Part shown: positions 40,260 to 54,134 of the stretch, one piece after another
How the letters are laid out: each line of letters opens with the position of its first letter
Position numbering within the stretch: position 1 is the first letter of the stretch
NCBI GenBank assembly: GCA_964016885.1
Contig: OZ024746.1
Location: 35,650,001 to 35,714,000 of the forward strand
Length of the DNA stretch: 64,000 bases
Source: Eledone cirrhosa
Lineage: Eukaryota
Reading direction: 5' to 3'
Notes under the pieces: model-generated
The model's input: the letters and a program-made list of their open reading frames with translations, nothing else
The model's database searches: none
Told to the model about the DNA's origin: nothing
Translations under genes and position numbers: made by a program

Positions 40260-43057
40260 CTAAAGGAATAAGGGTGGGGAGTTCAGGCCGGGGGGAGTGT
40301 GGGTCTGTAAGATGAAGATAGTACGTTGTTCGACCGTAAGGCGATGGGCGGGTGTTCCGTGGCACTGGAGTAGGCCACAGACTGTGAGATGGCGTGCGGA
40401 GTGTCCAGGGCCACCAAAGTGGCGGGCGATGGGGGAACTGCCCCGAGACGAATGTCCCGGAGGTGCTCCGTGACTCGGTCCGCCAGGCGACGTCCCGTCT
40501 GTCCGACATAAGTCGCTCTGCACTCCGTGCAACGAAGTCCGTAGACTAGGTTGGAGGAGGTGCAGCGGAAGGCATGCCGGACCGAGAGAGGGTGGCCGTT
40601 GGGACCCTGGAAGGTGGTGGTGTTGGTGATGTGGGGACAGGTGTTGTAGCGGGGCCTAGAACAGGGGAAGGAACCGGGGGTGGGGGACGGAGCGTGGGTT
40701 GGGGGGTAGGGAGCTGTGGACGAGGAGGGTGCGGAGATTGCGTGCGCGTTTGAAGGAGGGGATTGGTGGGGTTGGGAATAAGTGGGAGGTGGAGGGGTCG
40801 GACTGGAGGCGTCGGAAGAGGCGGCGGATGGTGTAGTGGAGGGGTAAGGTGGAGGGGTGGTAGGCGATGGGGAAGGGGAGACGGTGGGTGTGCGGTGGCG
40901 TGGAGTGAGGATGGTGGAGCGGGGGATAGCACGGGCGCGGGTGAGAGCGGTGTGGACGAGAGAGGGGGGTAACCTCTGTGGATGAAATGGCTGACTAGGG
41001 AAAGGGCCTGGGACTCAAAGTCAGCATCTCGGCTACAGAGGCGCCGGATCCTGAGAAGTTGGGAGTAGGGAATGGAGAGTTTAGTGTGGGCGGGGTGGGA
41101 AGAGGTGAAGTCGAGGTAAGTGTGGGAGTCGGTGGGTTTGAAGAAGGCGGAGGTGACGAGGGAGTGGTGGGAGGGGTCGAAGGCGACGGAGATATCCAAG
41201 AAGTGGACGTGGGTGGTGGAGATAGAGGTTGTGAAGTGGAGGGAGGGGTGGAAGGAGCAGAAGAAGGAGAGAAAGGAGTCGAGCTGTACTCGGGTGAGGG
41301 TCGTGGCTCCGATACAGTCGTCAATGTAACGACCGTGCAGTTCGGGTGTGGGGCCGGTGTACTGGGCAAAGATTTGGGCCTCAACATGGCCAACAAAAAG
41401 GTTGGCATAGTTCGGGCCCATTCTTGTGCCCATGGCTACCCCCGTGACCTGTTGGTAAAACTCACCCGAGAAGGAGAAACAATTTAGGGTGAGGACCAGC
41501 TCGGCGAGGCGAAGGAGGGTGGGGGTGGAGGGAATGGGTGAGCGGCGAAGATCGAGGTAGTGTTTGAGGGCGCGAAGGTCGTCGGCGTGGGGGATGACGG
41601 TATAGAGGGACTTGATGTCTAGGGTGAAGAGGAATGGCTGAGGGCCGGGTAGGTAGGTGAAGGAGTCGAAAAGGCGCAGGGCGTGGTTGGTGTCAGAGAT
41701 GTGGGAGGGGAGGGTGGTGACAAGGGGGGCGAGGAGGGAGTCGAGAAAGGCGGAGATGAGTTCGGTGGGGCAGTTGCAAGCGGAGACGATGGGGCGGCCG
41801 GGGTTGTCGGGTTTGTGGAGTTTGGGGAGGAAGTAGATGGTGGGGGTGCGGGGGGTGCGGACGATGAGGTGGGAAGCGGTGGGGGGGGGGAGGGAGGAGG
41901 CGATAAGGTCTTTGATGGTGGAGGAGACTTGTTGTTGGTAGAGGGAGGTGGGATCGGAGGGTAGAGGGCGGTAAAAGAGGGGGTTACAGAGCTGCCTGAG
42001 GGCCTCGGCCGTGTAGAGGTCCGCGCGCCATACCACCACGGCGCCTCCCTTGTCCGCCGGTTTGATGACGATGTCATCTCGGCTACGGAGGGAGCGGAGA
42101 GCGAGGAGTTCGCCCCGTGAAATGTTGTGCCGTTTGGAACGGTGGCGGAACTCGAAACGATTTACTGCGCTACGGCTGGCATCGACGAAGGCGTCCAGGG
42201 TGCTAAATTGCCCTGGGGCCGGCGTCCAAGAAGATGGTCGTCGGCCCAGGGCGAGAAACGGGTCTGGGGCGTCCGGAGCCTGTAGCGTTCGGCTGAAATG
42301 TGCCTGTAGCTTAGTGCGTCGCACGAATCGCTCGACTTCCGTTCGGGTGCGGAACTCGTCGCTGAGCGGAGTTTGGGGTATGAAGCGAAGGCCTCTACTA
42401 AGGAGTGAGCGCTCAGGTGCGGAGAGGGGGAGGTCATGGGGTATGGTGACAACAAGGGGTGGGGTTTGGGTGTTTGGGGAGGGAAGGGAGGGTGTGGTGA
42501 GTGGTGGAGATTGGGTGGGGGTGTGGGTCGGGGGAGAGAAGGGGAGTGGTGGGCGTATGGGGATGGGTGGGTGGTGGTGGATGCGGTGGGGGGGGGGAGG
42601 AGTGAGTGTAGCTTGCGGGCTTTGGTGGAGCTGAGGAACGAGAAGAGGTTGTGGTTGAGTTTGTGGATGAAGGAGAGGATGGCTTGGGCGGGGAGGGGGT
42701 GGCAGGTGGAGTAAAGCGGAGGAGGGTGGGGGTCGGTTGGTGGTCAAGTAGGCGGAGGGTGGAACGGGAGGCGCGGATGGAGTTGCGCATCAGAAGGCGT
42801 GAGGATCGGGTGAGGATACGTTGCGCGGAGGGGGAGGCAGCGGGGGAGGGGTGGAAGTGTAGACGGAAGCCAAGGGGGATAAGGTGGAGGCGGAGGCAGT
42901 GGCTGAGGAAATGGATGTGGCTGGAGTGCCGGGTTTTGGCGAAGAGAAGGTAGGAGATTTGAAGGGCGGAGGGGAAATAGCAGGGTGGAAGGAGGGGGGT
43001 GAGGAAAAGTTTGAGGCGATTATGGAGTTGGTGGAGAAAGGATCTCAGGTTGGCCAT
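40260..43057 (-). pseudogene. Neptune-type RT + Cys-rich linker + GIY-YIG endonuclease, several frameshifts
   Basis: Motifs: HIHFLSHCL..IPLGF, IKPADKGGAVVVW, YFLPKLHK..GRPIVS, LDIKSLYT, GVAMGT, RYIDD, KPTD, then NLVYGLRCTECRATYVGQTGRRLADRVTEH (read manually near 40555-40460) and EQRTIFILQT..PPGLN. Confidence 0.9.
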
Positions 43058-43573
43058 GATGGGCGTTGGGTGGAAGCAGGGGGAGGGATGAGAGGGGGGG
43101 GGGTGTGAAGCGGGGTGGAGTGAACGAAGGGGTGAGTGCGAAGGATAGGCAGAGACGGGGAAGGGAAAAAGAAACAGAAAAACGTGGGGAGGGGGGGGGA
43201 GTAAACACCGGAAAATTAAAGACAAAAAATCATAAAGGTAATAACACAGGCGATCGTGAACAAAAAATCATAGAAATACAATTGTAAGAACACAGGCAAA
43301 GAATCATATACGGAAAAAAAGGGGTACGGTAACAAAATCAAACAGAGGTAATGCGTGGAAGGAAAGACGAAGTGTGGGAAGGTGTGTAAAGTTCGGAGAA
43401 AGGTCACGGCGGATTAGATCGGGGTTGAGCCGGTTGTTAAGTTAAGTTCCAAGGATGGAGGCCGTGTGAGCGTGTGTTATGTATAATGAAGAATTGAACA
43501 GGGACAGAACAGAGAGGCAGTACGATAAATGTTTATTAAATTCACGCTCAGGAGGGTGGGGGGTAGGTGGGGG

Positions 43574-43606
43574 ACGACGTTTCGGGCATAAGCCCTTCTT
43601 CAGGTG
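43574..43606 (-). ncRNA. Minimal hammerhead-like motif in pLTR (identical second copy)
   Basis: Same sequence as 38871-38903. Confidence 0.55.
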
Positions 43607-44501
43607 AGAGTTCAAAAGGTGTGTAGGGGAGTGGTGGAGAGACATGTAGCGAAAGGAAACGGTGCGAATGAAAAATTAACAAATAAAGACAAAAATATAA
43701 TAAATAATAAATAAAAATAAAGCATGATCAAAATACAAGGAATGAGAAAATTTAAAAATAAAGGCATGATAACTTATACATGTATTACAATATATTTATG
43801 TATTATTAAATATTTATGCATTTCTATATAAAACATCTTTTTGAAATATCTTGAAATAATACTTCCACTACTATATATATAAATATACACACATAGATGC
43901 ACACGTATAGTATACATAAATAATATACATGTTTAACTATAAATCACCCTTTCATATCATTATGTTAATTTTTTTTTTAATTCTATACATTTTCTGTAAT
44001 TTCAACTTATTTAGATCTTTACTTACTAATTCATTTATCTATTTATTTATTTCGTTTGATATAATATTTTTTTAATGAATTCCTTTACCTAACATCATTT
44101 ACCTTTTAAATTCTATGTATGCGTGCGTGAAGATACCCTTACTCCTCACCTCCTCCACCTTCTGTTCCTATGACCATTATACCTCTTCTTGTCTTAAGCC
44201 ACTCCTAACCCCACCCACTTTATTTCCTTTCCCGACCCCTAGCACGTATAGATACACATATCACGCTATGCCCACTTCTTTCTCCATCCTCTCCCATGGC
44301 CTAGTCACAATGACAAAATTGTCCATACAACTGCCAACCCAGCTAGTGACCCAAATCTGACACCCACATAATTTTTAAACAGAAAAATTTCTTCCTAACC
44401 CTAGTACAGTTTTGAAAAAGACTTCATGTGCACAATCCAGAACCGTTCTATACCCACTCTACATATTCCCATGATTTGTGGTCTCCCTGGTCTCAGCACC
44501 A

Positions 44502-44674
<173 letters not shown>

Positions 44675-45125
44675 GGTATGTATGTATGAACGCGTGTATG
44701 TATGTATTTACTCATGTATATATACATACAATTATGCACATATGTATGTCTAACCAGTAGGTGTAAAATTGTTAATTTCGCAGTTATATATAAACAACCT
44801 GATTTACAAAAAGACATTCATTTATTTCAAAATAAGAAAGTTGAAGAAAACTAAACCTTCTCATCTAATGATCTTCCATTTCATAGAACTGAATGTCATC
44901 GTTAAGCGATATAACCTCGGAATTGATTTACAGTAAACATTGAGATATTTCTAACATATAAAATTGAATTCATTACTAATTTAAATTTCACGAAAGTTCA
45001 ATAACAAATAAGAAATCAAATTTAGATTCGTGCTTAAGTTGTAAATATTTTATTTTTTGTGGAACATGTTACATGTTTATGCTGATATATCAGGTTATTG
45101 CGTTTGTTGCCACAATTTTGAAAGG

Positions 45126-45187
<62 letters not shown>

Positions 45188-45210
45188 ATATATATATATA
45201 TATATATATA

Positions 45211-45417
45211 TGTTTAACCCCGACGGCAGAAAATGTTTAACCCCGACGGCAGAGCTCAAGCCGTTTCGGCAGCTATTTCAGTCCAGAAATAACCGTTGAA
45301 ACGGCTTGAGCTCTGCTATCGGGGTTAAACATTTTCCTATTACCCACTCTACTACCCTAAGCATTGAGTACTCTGGTGCGGTATGGTCCATCTGGTTCCT
45401 TATCACACTTCCATCGT

Positions 45418-45420
<3 letters not shown>
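45211..45420 (+). mobile_element. Short fold-back fragment of a Naiad-subfamily pLTR 3' end
   Basis: Homologous to 35695-35835. An internal hairpin spans about 45234-45331, the first ~20 bp are duplicated, and only the 3' half of the HHR remains. It lies between TA tracts. Confidence 0.8.
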
Positions 45421-45482
<62 letters not shown>

Positions 45483-45529
45483 AGGAGGTTATAGTTCACT
45501 TGAAGCATTGTGTAATGAGGTATAATAAT

Positions 45530-45717
45530 TTGTATATGTATAATAAAGCCAAAACAATGCAGGTATGGACATAGAATAAAGAATGCAAATGCAAAAGATA
45601 TTGTTAACAATTAGTCTTTTACCTTAGATTTATTTAAATGTCCTAAATTTTCGAGATAATATCTCTTCTTCAGAGGGAAGTAAAGTTGTCAAACCAGTGT
45701 TCTAAATAGCTTGCCAA
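45530..45717 (-). mobile_element. Solo terminal-repeat fragment of the 20956-23445 PLE family, with HHR-like core at 45641-45677
   Basis: Reverse complement of about 23253-23440. Contains CTGAAGA-A-GAGAT(att)ATCTC-GAAA. Confidence 0.82.
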
Positions 45718-47765
45718 TGATGCATGTACTTATATTTGAAATTACAATTTTCTTTTTATTTTATAATTATAAAAAACGAAAATTCCAAATATATGTGAAT
45801 TGTTTACCTTTATTGTTTTGATTTAACGACATGTAAATATAACTATGTATACACATATACACTTACACTTAGACACACACACTCTATATGTATACTCAAT
45901 CCTCTGCTCTACTGGACAAAACGTTGTGATCTTAAGTATGATAATGCATATTACGGCTATACAGTTCACTCAGCAGCTACAGTAGCGGAGGGCGAACTCA
46001 TGAATGGATGGCAATTTTCAGCTATAATTTCGATATTGAATGAATAAAAACGTAAATTTCTCTAGAAATTAAAAGATTTGAATGATGTTCTATTCAGCCC
46101 TCAGATGCTTCGTGAACCGACAAAGAGCGGATAATATGACAGTAGAGTTTATAACGGAATTAATAAAGATATCTATAGAAAGTCCTGGTTAATAGTTTTA
46201 CATTATATGGGATTTGATCCTGAACATTCCTGTCCTTCTTTAGTTGAACACGCTACTCATAAAAAGTACGTGCATATACCTGAGGTTTACGTACATACGT
46301 ACACCCTGAATATATTTTCTAGTTAGACAACTTAAATGATCACACTGGCTCTTTTAATTCTATGTAGAGATTATACAATAGTTCAAATCTTTATCCCTAC
46401 CCCGAATTAAAATTCACATGTATTATTTTCGTCTGAGGATATTTTCTCAATATGCCCTGCATTGGGAGCGAACGTTTATTAGAAAGAGGAAGAGAAAGAG
46501 AGATAGAAATAAAGACCGCTAGTAAACGACGTAATATTCTCATGCGTAAATGCCTTGAATGGGATTTGAAACGTTTGCTTTACTTATACTACTATGTACT
46601 CGAATCTAATCAAATTGATCTGTCTGCCACTTCACATTTATGAACATGTGAGTCATGCGAATAGACATTTGTGATTAAATGCTGAGCTTTGAAATGAAAT
46701 TTCCCCATAGCTTTTCTCACAACAGTAAATAACTAATCGCTTTCTTTAATGCAATTATCACAAAAGGTTAATTTGTGAGTGGAGAAAAAATTAATTTTAA
46801 TTCTTGCTTGTATTAGCCTCTAGCAAACGTAGAGCGAACAAGAAAAAGGTGCAGTAAAAAAATGAAATGTCTTATAAAAGTAAGAATCATTTAATGTTGA
46901 TGAAGGTTGATGAAAATTATACGCTGTTATATAAACATTCACTTGTGACTGTGAATGATTATGTATATATATTTAATGAAAACATCCCTACGATGAAAAG
47001 GTTTGCTTCATAATCATGAGAGCTACGGCTCGATCAAACGTCATGGTGTCTTGAGCAAGAAGAAATCCGTTGGATGGACTGTACTGCTATTTCAAAATGC
47101 CAGTCTAGGCATACACTGTGTCACTCTGATTCTGTCTTATGATATTTGTAAGAGATCCGAAGTTTCTGAAACACTCCACCAATTACATGCTACGAAAGGT
47201 TATGTGTATCCAAGTGGCTCGAAATAGACAATTACTAAATATGCGATAGATTATGTTATAAGTCTTCATTTGAAAAAAAAAAGAAAAGGCAATTCGATGA
47301 TACTCGGACGCCGTAATGTTATATGCCAATCTATCTACTTCATCATTTGTACATGATATATTGTGGTTAAATCTCATATAACAAATACAATTGAATTGTG
47401 ACATAAAATCGTGAAAACTCTTGTTTGTTTGATTGCTTGTGACTGACAAATTATTTCAGAGAAATAAATGTCTCATATTCTGAGTTAGAATATATAGGTA
47501 ACTGGAAAACATGTAAAGTTAAATTTTCAAAGTGTTTGCGGGAATATGAATGAAGTGAGTGATAAAGTATGAGCGAACGAGAAATAAAAAAGGAAGTTAG
47601 AGAGCAGGAGAGAGAAAAAGGGAGAAATGACGAGGAGAATAAAAAGAGAGGGGGCGGTAGCAGGTGTTGCATGTTATAAGAGGAATTCAGTGCATACTAA
47701 GTTCCTTTCGAAACAGATTGATTCTTTTCAAGGGTGACCATTGCGTTTATAATGTGAAAAACTTT

Positions 47766-47867
<102 letters not shown>

Positions 47868-47974
47868 CATAAATGTGAGGAAAAGGAGGTAAAAGGCAAG
47901 GACAATAAGATGACTTGAAACAGAGAATCGAAATATGGTCGTATTCAAATAAGAACTACAACAATGGAGATACT

Positions 47975-49016
47975 AATCCTCCACAAGTTCTTTTATATTA
48001 GGCTATTCAACAGAATTCGTAATATAATCGGCTTGTCCCACCACAGCCCCGGCGGACAGAATAGAGAAAGCGTTTCCCTGGAGGACGGCAAGGGAGACAT
48101 GCTGGAAAAGCCACTCAAACTCGCGGGTCTCACACCTGCAGCTGGTCAGCTCAGCGCCTATGGTGGTCAATATGGAGGTAGCCCTAAGGCCGAGGACACC
48201 AGAAGTCTCCACTGGCAAGGGTACAACCGCAAACTTATCGGAGAGCGACCGGTATTTGAAGAGTTTGGCCTCCTCAGCCCGACGTGCATCAGAACCTGGC
48301 TTAGTCGCAGACTGCACCAGGTTGCGGCTGCAGAAAGTGCCGGTGCAAGTGGCATCCCAGACGAGGGTTTTGCCACCGCGGAATGGGAAGATGGTCATGA
48401 CCATCTGGTCTTATGGCGTCCCCTCGGTCCAGACCCACCGGCTCAAGCTGGGAAAGGAAGCCTGCGGGGTCCAAGCCATGCTTTATGACCTCATTGAGGG
48501 CGACAGAAAAGCGGGTGGAGGCCGAAATAATCCACGGAGGATCTACAGCGACATTGGTGTGGCTCGCATATCCGGAGGTCGAGTCTCAAGGAAACGCCAA
48601 TGCGCAGGCTATTGTTATCTAGCTGCGTGCCAGTGGAGAAGGAGGGCAAGTCATGGAGCCAGGCACTATTATGGGGTTTTGAGGCCACATGAAAACAACA
48701 AGTTGGTGCTGGTCGAGCTGGCACGTGAGCTTGTCTGAAGCATGGCTATACTGGATGGCATCCCAATTGATTATTGTTGGGGGGAACCTGACGTCACCAG
48801 GGGGAAAAGGAGGAGGGAGGTCTACTGGGCTAAGTCCCAGTCGGTCCACGTCTCACAGGCAGCCTCACGTTCTCTGAACACAGAGGGCTCTATTGTGTTT
48901 TGGAGAACCCTGCTCACGAGGACGCGGCATGAGGACGAAACAAACGCCGCCAAAGCCAGTGAGAACGGGGACCGGAGGCCAAGGCCGCCATACCTGACAT
49001 GTAAAGTGGCCTGTTT
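47975..49016 (-). mobile_element. Second CRE-type RLE LINE relic
   Basis: Homologous to about 615-1620. Encodes LRIGVSLRLDLRICEPHQCRC, TIFPFRGGKTLVWDATC..AEEAKLFKY..PLPVETSGVLG..FQHVSLAVLQGNA. Confidence 0.85.
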
Positions 49017-49305
49017 CGAATGTATAATTCATATCGTTTCTATTCAGGCTACTTCATTGTGCTCAACAGCCTTAAAGACCACACCATAAAGAATATCTCT
49101 GAAATCAATGAGTGAATAATAAGACTCGAAAGAATAAAGAAACCAAATGTCATCCTTCATTTGTAGAAACAAGTCAATATATACTCTAGGTACACATCTA
49201 TCTATATATCTACCTATCTATCTAAATGTTGCCTGTATATACGACTATCTATGTTTCCATCTATCTTTCGTTCTATCATTATTTACACACACACACACAC
49301 GCACG

Positions 49306-49377
<72 letters not shown>

Positions 49378-49784
49378 TTTACACATACACTAATTAAACA
49401 AAGTCACAGGTATATATGTGTTTTTGCATCTTTTCACGATGTGGCTCAATGTAGAATTAATAAATTAAATAATCAGAGCCAAATACTATAGAGTAAAGCA
49501 TGTCCAGAGCATTATTTGATAATATATATACATCATCTCTACTCCTAATCAGCATAATTAACCACACACAAAATCAATTAAACCAGGCTATAAGAATAAA
49601 AGGCATCTATGAAGAAACAGTAAATAAATACGCCACTGCGGCGTCTTTGCGTATAACCGCTATAGAATATTTACCCAACATTTCATAAGGACGTGGAAAT
49701 TAATTAGATATACGGTCAACCATACATAATTAGCTAAAATTTATGTTAGAAATGCTTATATACATACCAGGATTAAATCACTAA

Positions 49785-49863
49785 ATCCCGACCCAAGGGT
49801 TTCGCTCACTTTTGAGATACCTTATTAAGGATAATACTCGAGATTTAGAGCTCTTCGGGGGAC
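49785..49863 (-). ncRNA. Hammerhead motif (U4C in this copy)
   Basis: GTCCC-CCGAAGA-GCTC..GAGC-GAAA-CCCTTGGG-TC|-GGGAT. Confidence 0.68.
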
Positions 49864-50638
49864 AAACTCGCTAGGACATATTATTTTCCGAAGTGGCCCT
49901 CGCCAAACACGAATTCAAAATGGTTGAGAACTGTGACGTTGCAGTGGTCAAGTCAGGAAAGGTGTGATTGGTTTCTTACAGCGAGTGGGTTGGTTGCAAG
50001 AAAGCGCAGCCCAATATCGCCCAAATTTTTGTCTGAAGATTTAGGGATTTAATCCTGGTATGTATATAAGCATTTTTAACATAAATTTTACCTAATTATG
50101 TATCGTTGACCGTTTATTTAATTAATTTCCACGTGTTGTTGAATTGTTGGGTAAATATTCTGTAGCGGTTATACGCGAAGACGCCGCAGTGGCGTAGTTA
50201 TTTACTGTTTCTTCGTAGATGCCTTTTATTCTTATAGCATGGTCTAATTGATTTTTTGCGTGGTTAATTATGCTGATTGGGAGTAGAGATGATGTATATA
50301 TATTATCAAATAATTCTCTGGACATGTTTTACTCTATAGTATTTTGCTCTGATTATTTAATTTATTAATTCTCCATTGAGCCACATCGCGAGAAGTTGCC
50401 AAAACACATATATACCTGTGCCTTTGTTTAATCGGTGTATGTGTAAATATTTATATTTAATAATCTCCCATAAGGTTGAGATAAACATTTGGGCGATATT
50501 GGGCTACGCTTTCTAGCAACCAACTCACTCGCCGTAAGCAACCAATCACACCCTTCCTGACTTGACCAAAGTTCTCAACCATTTTGAATTAGTGTTTGGC
50601 GGGGGCCACTTCGGAAAATAATATGTCCTAGCGAGTTT

Positions 50639-50717
50639 GTCCCCTGAAGAGCTCTAAAACTCGAGTATTATCCTTAATAAGGTATCTCAAGTGTGAGCGG
50701 AACCCTTGGGTCGGGAT
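50639..50717 (+). ncRNA. Hammerhead motif (A13G in this copy)
   Basis: GTCCC-CTGAAGA-GCTC..GAGC-GGAA-CCCTTGGG-TC|-GGGAT. Confidence 0.68.
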
Positions 50718-51011
50718 TTAGTGATTTAATCCTCGTATATATATATAAAAATTTCTAACATAAAATTTACCTAATTATGTATGGTTGACCGTATATTTAA
50801 TTAATTTCCACGTGCTGTTGAAATGTTGGGTAAATACTCTATAGCGGCTATACGCGAAGACGCCGCAGTGGCGTATTTATTTACTGTTTCTTCATAGATG
50901 CCTTTTATTATTATAGCCTGCTCTAATTGATTTTTTAGTGTGGTTAATTATGGTGATTGGGAGTAGAGATGATGTATATATATTATCAAATAATTCTCTG
51001 GACATGCTTTA

Positions 51012-51213
<202 letters not shown>

Positions 51214-52630
51214 TAGCACTCAATGCTGGTCCGATGTCCGTCTCGTTTGGTTTGTATTCCAGAGTTACGTCGGCTGCTTTAGATGTATTTGCTCATATAC
51301 ACTCGCATATCTGAGGAGATGTCGAAAAAACGTCGGGCCTCTTCAACTGGACAATTGGGATGTAAATATATATGGATATTCAAGTAAGCATCTATACAAA
51401 TCTATGACGATGTGAAGCGTAAGCAACACATTGAATGCCCTTAGGTCTCAACCACGCTTAAATCAATAAGCAATCGCCACACATATGCATGGAAACTGCA
51501 CAAAAAGGCATCTCTATATATTAATTACCAATTGCACAGAAATGCAGGTAATACAATATAAAACAAATCCAATTAAAGAGACATAAACAATTACACACAC
51601 ACACCCCAATTGTTTATACATGTGCAGTTTGGGCCCAGCAGATAAACATCATTTATTTTTAATTTTAGGCGTGATCTTCCTTGATGGAACCCGTATAATC
51701 TATAAAATCAAGAAGCAGTTCGCTTATTTTTTCAACTCAACCTAAGGAAAGGGATATTAGAGAATGTTAGAAATGATTATTAGTATTGTGTTAAAATTAG
51801 TTTTCTGTACTCAGACAATTGAAAATGATGGGTTTGGCCTAGAAATCATTAAGAAGTTCCTCTAATTTCAAAAATCAATTAAGACATACTTTATATATTC
51901 TGGACATAATTATTTAGGTTTTATTTAAAAAAAATTAAAATGGTCTAAATAAAATTATTAGCGTTGGAATTGATGTTCACGACATGAACCAATAATCTCT
52001 CGGCTGGTTCTCTGCTAAATTATTTTATCAACTAGTGTATGTGAAACACAGATAGAGGTATACATAAACAGTATAAAATAATTAGAAAACATTGTAAGCA
52101 GATAAAGTGAAAATGTCGTCAAGGCCACTAGATTTTACGCAGATAATTACAGCATCTCTGGAGTTCATCGGGTAACATTTATCAAATTGGTTTAGTTGTG
52201 TTTTCATTCTATAACCCTCTAGAACCTCCATGTATTCTCCTCTATAGGTCATCTGATAAACCCATTTAATTTTTAAGCAGTGACTTGATATTTATCTTTA
52301 TGTCAGCAATGTTGTTTTTACGTTTACTTTATGTTCGTTCGATGTGGTTTTATCTGAATAAAAGCTATATGTCACAATTTTTGAGGCATCGATTTAATAT
52401 TGACCAGGGCAATGCCAAGTTTTAGAAGCATATATTTTAAAATAGATCTGATTAACAAGAAAAACATATTTTCTTAGAATTGTAGGGGTGGCGAATATAT
52501 CTGGTAATGGAAAGATTAGAACGATACAAATTTAATATCACTTTTCCATTGAGATGTGGGGACTACAAATGATGAATATAAACGGAATGAAACGCATATA
52601 TCTTCAAATAAAATTATACGTGCCAAATGG

Positions 52631-52695
<65 letters not shown>

Positions 52696-52828
52696 TGTAG
52701 AAATTAATTCTACAGGATTTTAAGAAAATAAATATTGGTATACTGTAGGTACGTATTTAGTAGCTTATTAATTGTGGTCACATCCCTAAATACATCGGGT
52801 ATCCATATATATCTATGTGTGTGTGTGT

Positions 52829-52929
<101 letters not shown>

Positions 52930-52989
52930 TATATATAGATAGATATATATTTATATATATATAGATGTGTGTGTGTATATATATATATA

Positions 52990-53043
<54 letters not shown>

Positions 53044-53044
<1 letters not shown>

Positions 53045-53649
53045 TAGAATTAAACCCGGCGTTGCTCGGGGACAGTAAGTTACCAAAGTTAGATTTTTTT
53101 TGTTGTTGAATAATTTTATCTGTTGCTTTTGAATAATTGTTGTTTGGTATGAAATTTAATAAGTTCTCTTCGTTGTCATTGAAGTAAATAAATGTTTGAC
53201 CGTTCCACACTAAAAAACATACATTCTCTCTCTCTGTCTCTCACTCTCGCTCACTTCGCTCACTTCTTTTTTTTCTCACTCTCCCTCTCCTTCATTTCTT
53301 TCTCTCTTCTTTCTTCCGCGTTTCTAAAGGAAGTTTGTAAGGAGGGGTTTAAGTGTATATAAGAGAAAGTTGCAGCATGTATGTAGTTTTATCGATTTTT
53401 AAGGGGAGTAGAGAGAGGAAATCAGATTGTATTAGAGGTATAAAGCGTCATGTATTTAGTTTTATCGATTATTTCCGTAATTGAGGGTGAGTTGGAAAAA
53501 ATAAATAGTCGGTCAATTAAGTCAGACCAATCATAATATTTTTACAGAATTTAAGTCGAATCGGTTTGAAATTGTGCAAATGAATAAACATGGAACATGC
53601 ACACACTCATACACACCAACAACAACAATCTGCCTTTTATAGATAATGA
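53044..53649 (-). mobile_element. Non-autonomous Helitron
   Basis: Minus strand has an A|TC start at 53649 (or 53643), a 3' hairpin CCCGAGCAACGCCGGG (53055-53070) 7 nt before the terminal CTAG|T, and no TSD. Confidence 0.72.
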
Positions 53650-53658
53650 TATAGTTAT

Positions 53659-54049
53659 AGTTATGTAATATACAACATAAAATAATTATTTCATTTACCA
53701 AAGGTGTCACGAAGACAGACGAGCCTGACCCAGACGACTGACTTCAGTCGTCTGAATGAAAATTTATTTTAAATGGATGTGAGATATGGATTTCAAAACA
53801 AAGTCTAGAACAATTGAAAGCTAGGCTTAAATAAAATAACGGACGTAATGTAAAAAGGAAAATAATAAATGTACATGTATATATATAAACACTTACGTAT
53901 ATAAACACATACTCACGTATATACTTATACTCACACACTTACACATACATATATATACAAATACATTCAGACGTCTGTATCAGGCTCGTCTGTCTTCGTG
54001 AAACCTTTGGTAAATTAAATAATTATCTTATGTTGTTTATTACATAACT
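53659..54049. repeat. Inverted repeat with decayed hammerhead-like motifs in both arms
   Basis: Arms are about 53659-53760 and 53963-54049. The minus strand of the left arm reads TTTCATT-CAGACGA-..-GACA-CCTTTGG-TA-AATGAAA. The right arm has GAAA but an internal deletion. Confidence 0.7.
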
Positions 54050-54134
54050 AAAAAGGTCTGTGGTCTACATAGAGCATTCTCTATTCCTTTACCTTTCCTA
54101 CGGATGCACTTAATATATATATATATAGAGAGAG

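Larger units (their letters stand above)
38780..43770 (-). mobile_element. Full-length Neptune-type Penelope-like element with ~290 bp direct pseudo-LTRs (38780-39070, 43483-43770)
   Basis: Near-identical terminal repeats flank an RT/GIY-YIG ORF and a long low-complexity 3' UTR. The 3' end abuts (TA)n. Confidence 0.9.

Noticed and set aside
40763-43287. Gly/Glu/Val-rich plus-strand ORFs
   Set aside because: They are antisense shadows of the C-rich Neptune ORF.
49500-50325. Short ORF MSR(A/E)LFDNIYTSS.. present in both arms
   Set aside because: It is shared only because the arms are recent copies. It is antisense to the HHR strand and not open in the 30 kb subfamily.
51305-51340. CTGAGGA-gatgtc-GAAA
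   Set aside because: Stem II is too short and there is no stem I or III, so it is likely chance.
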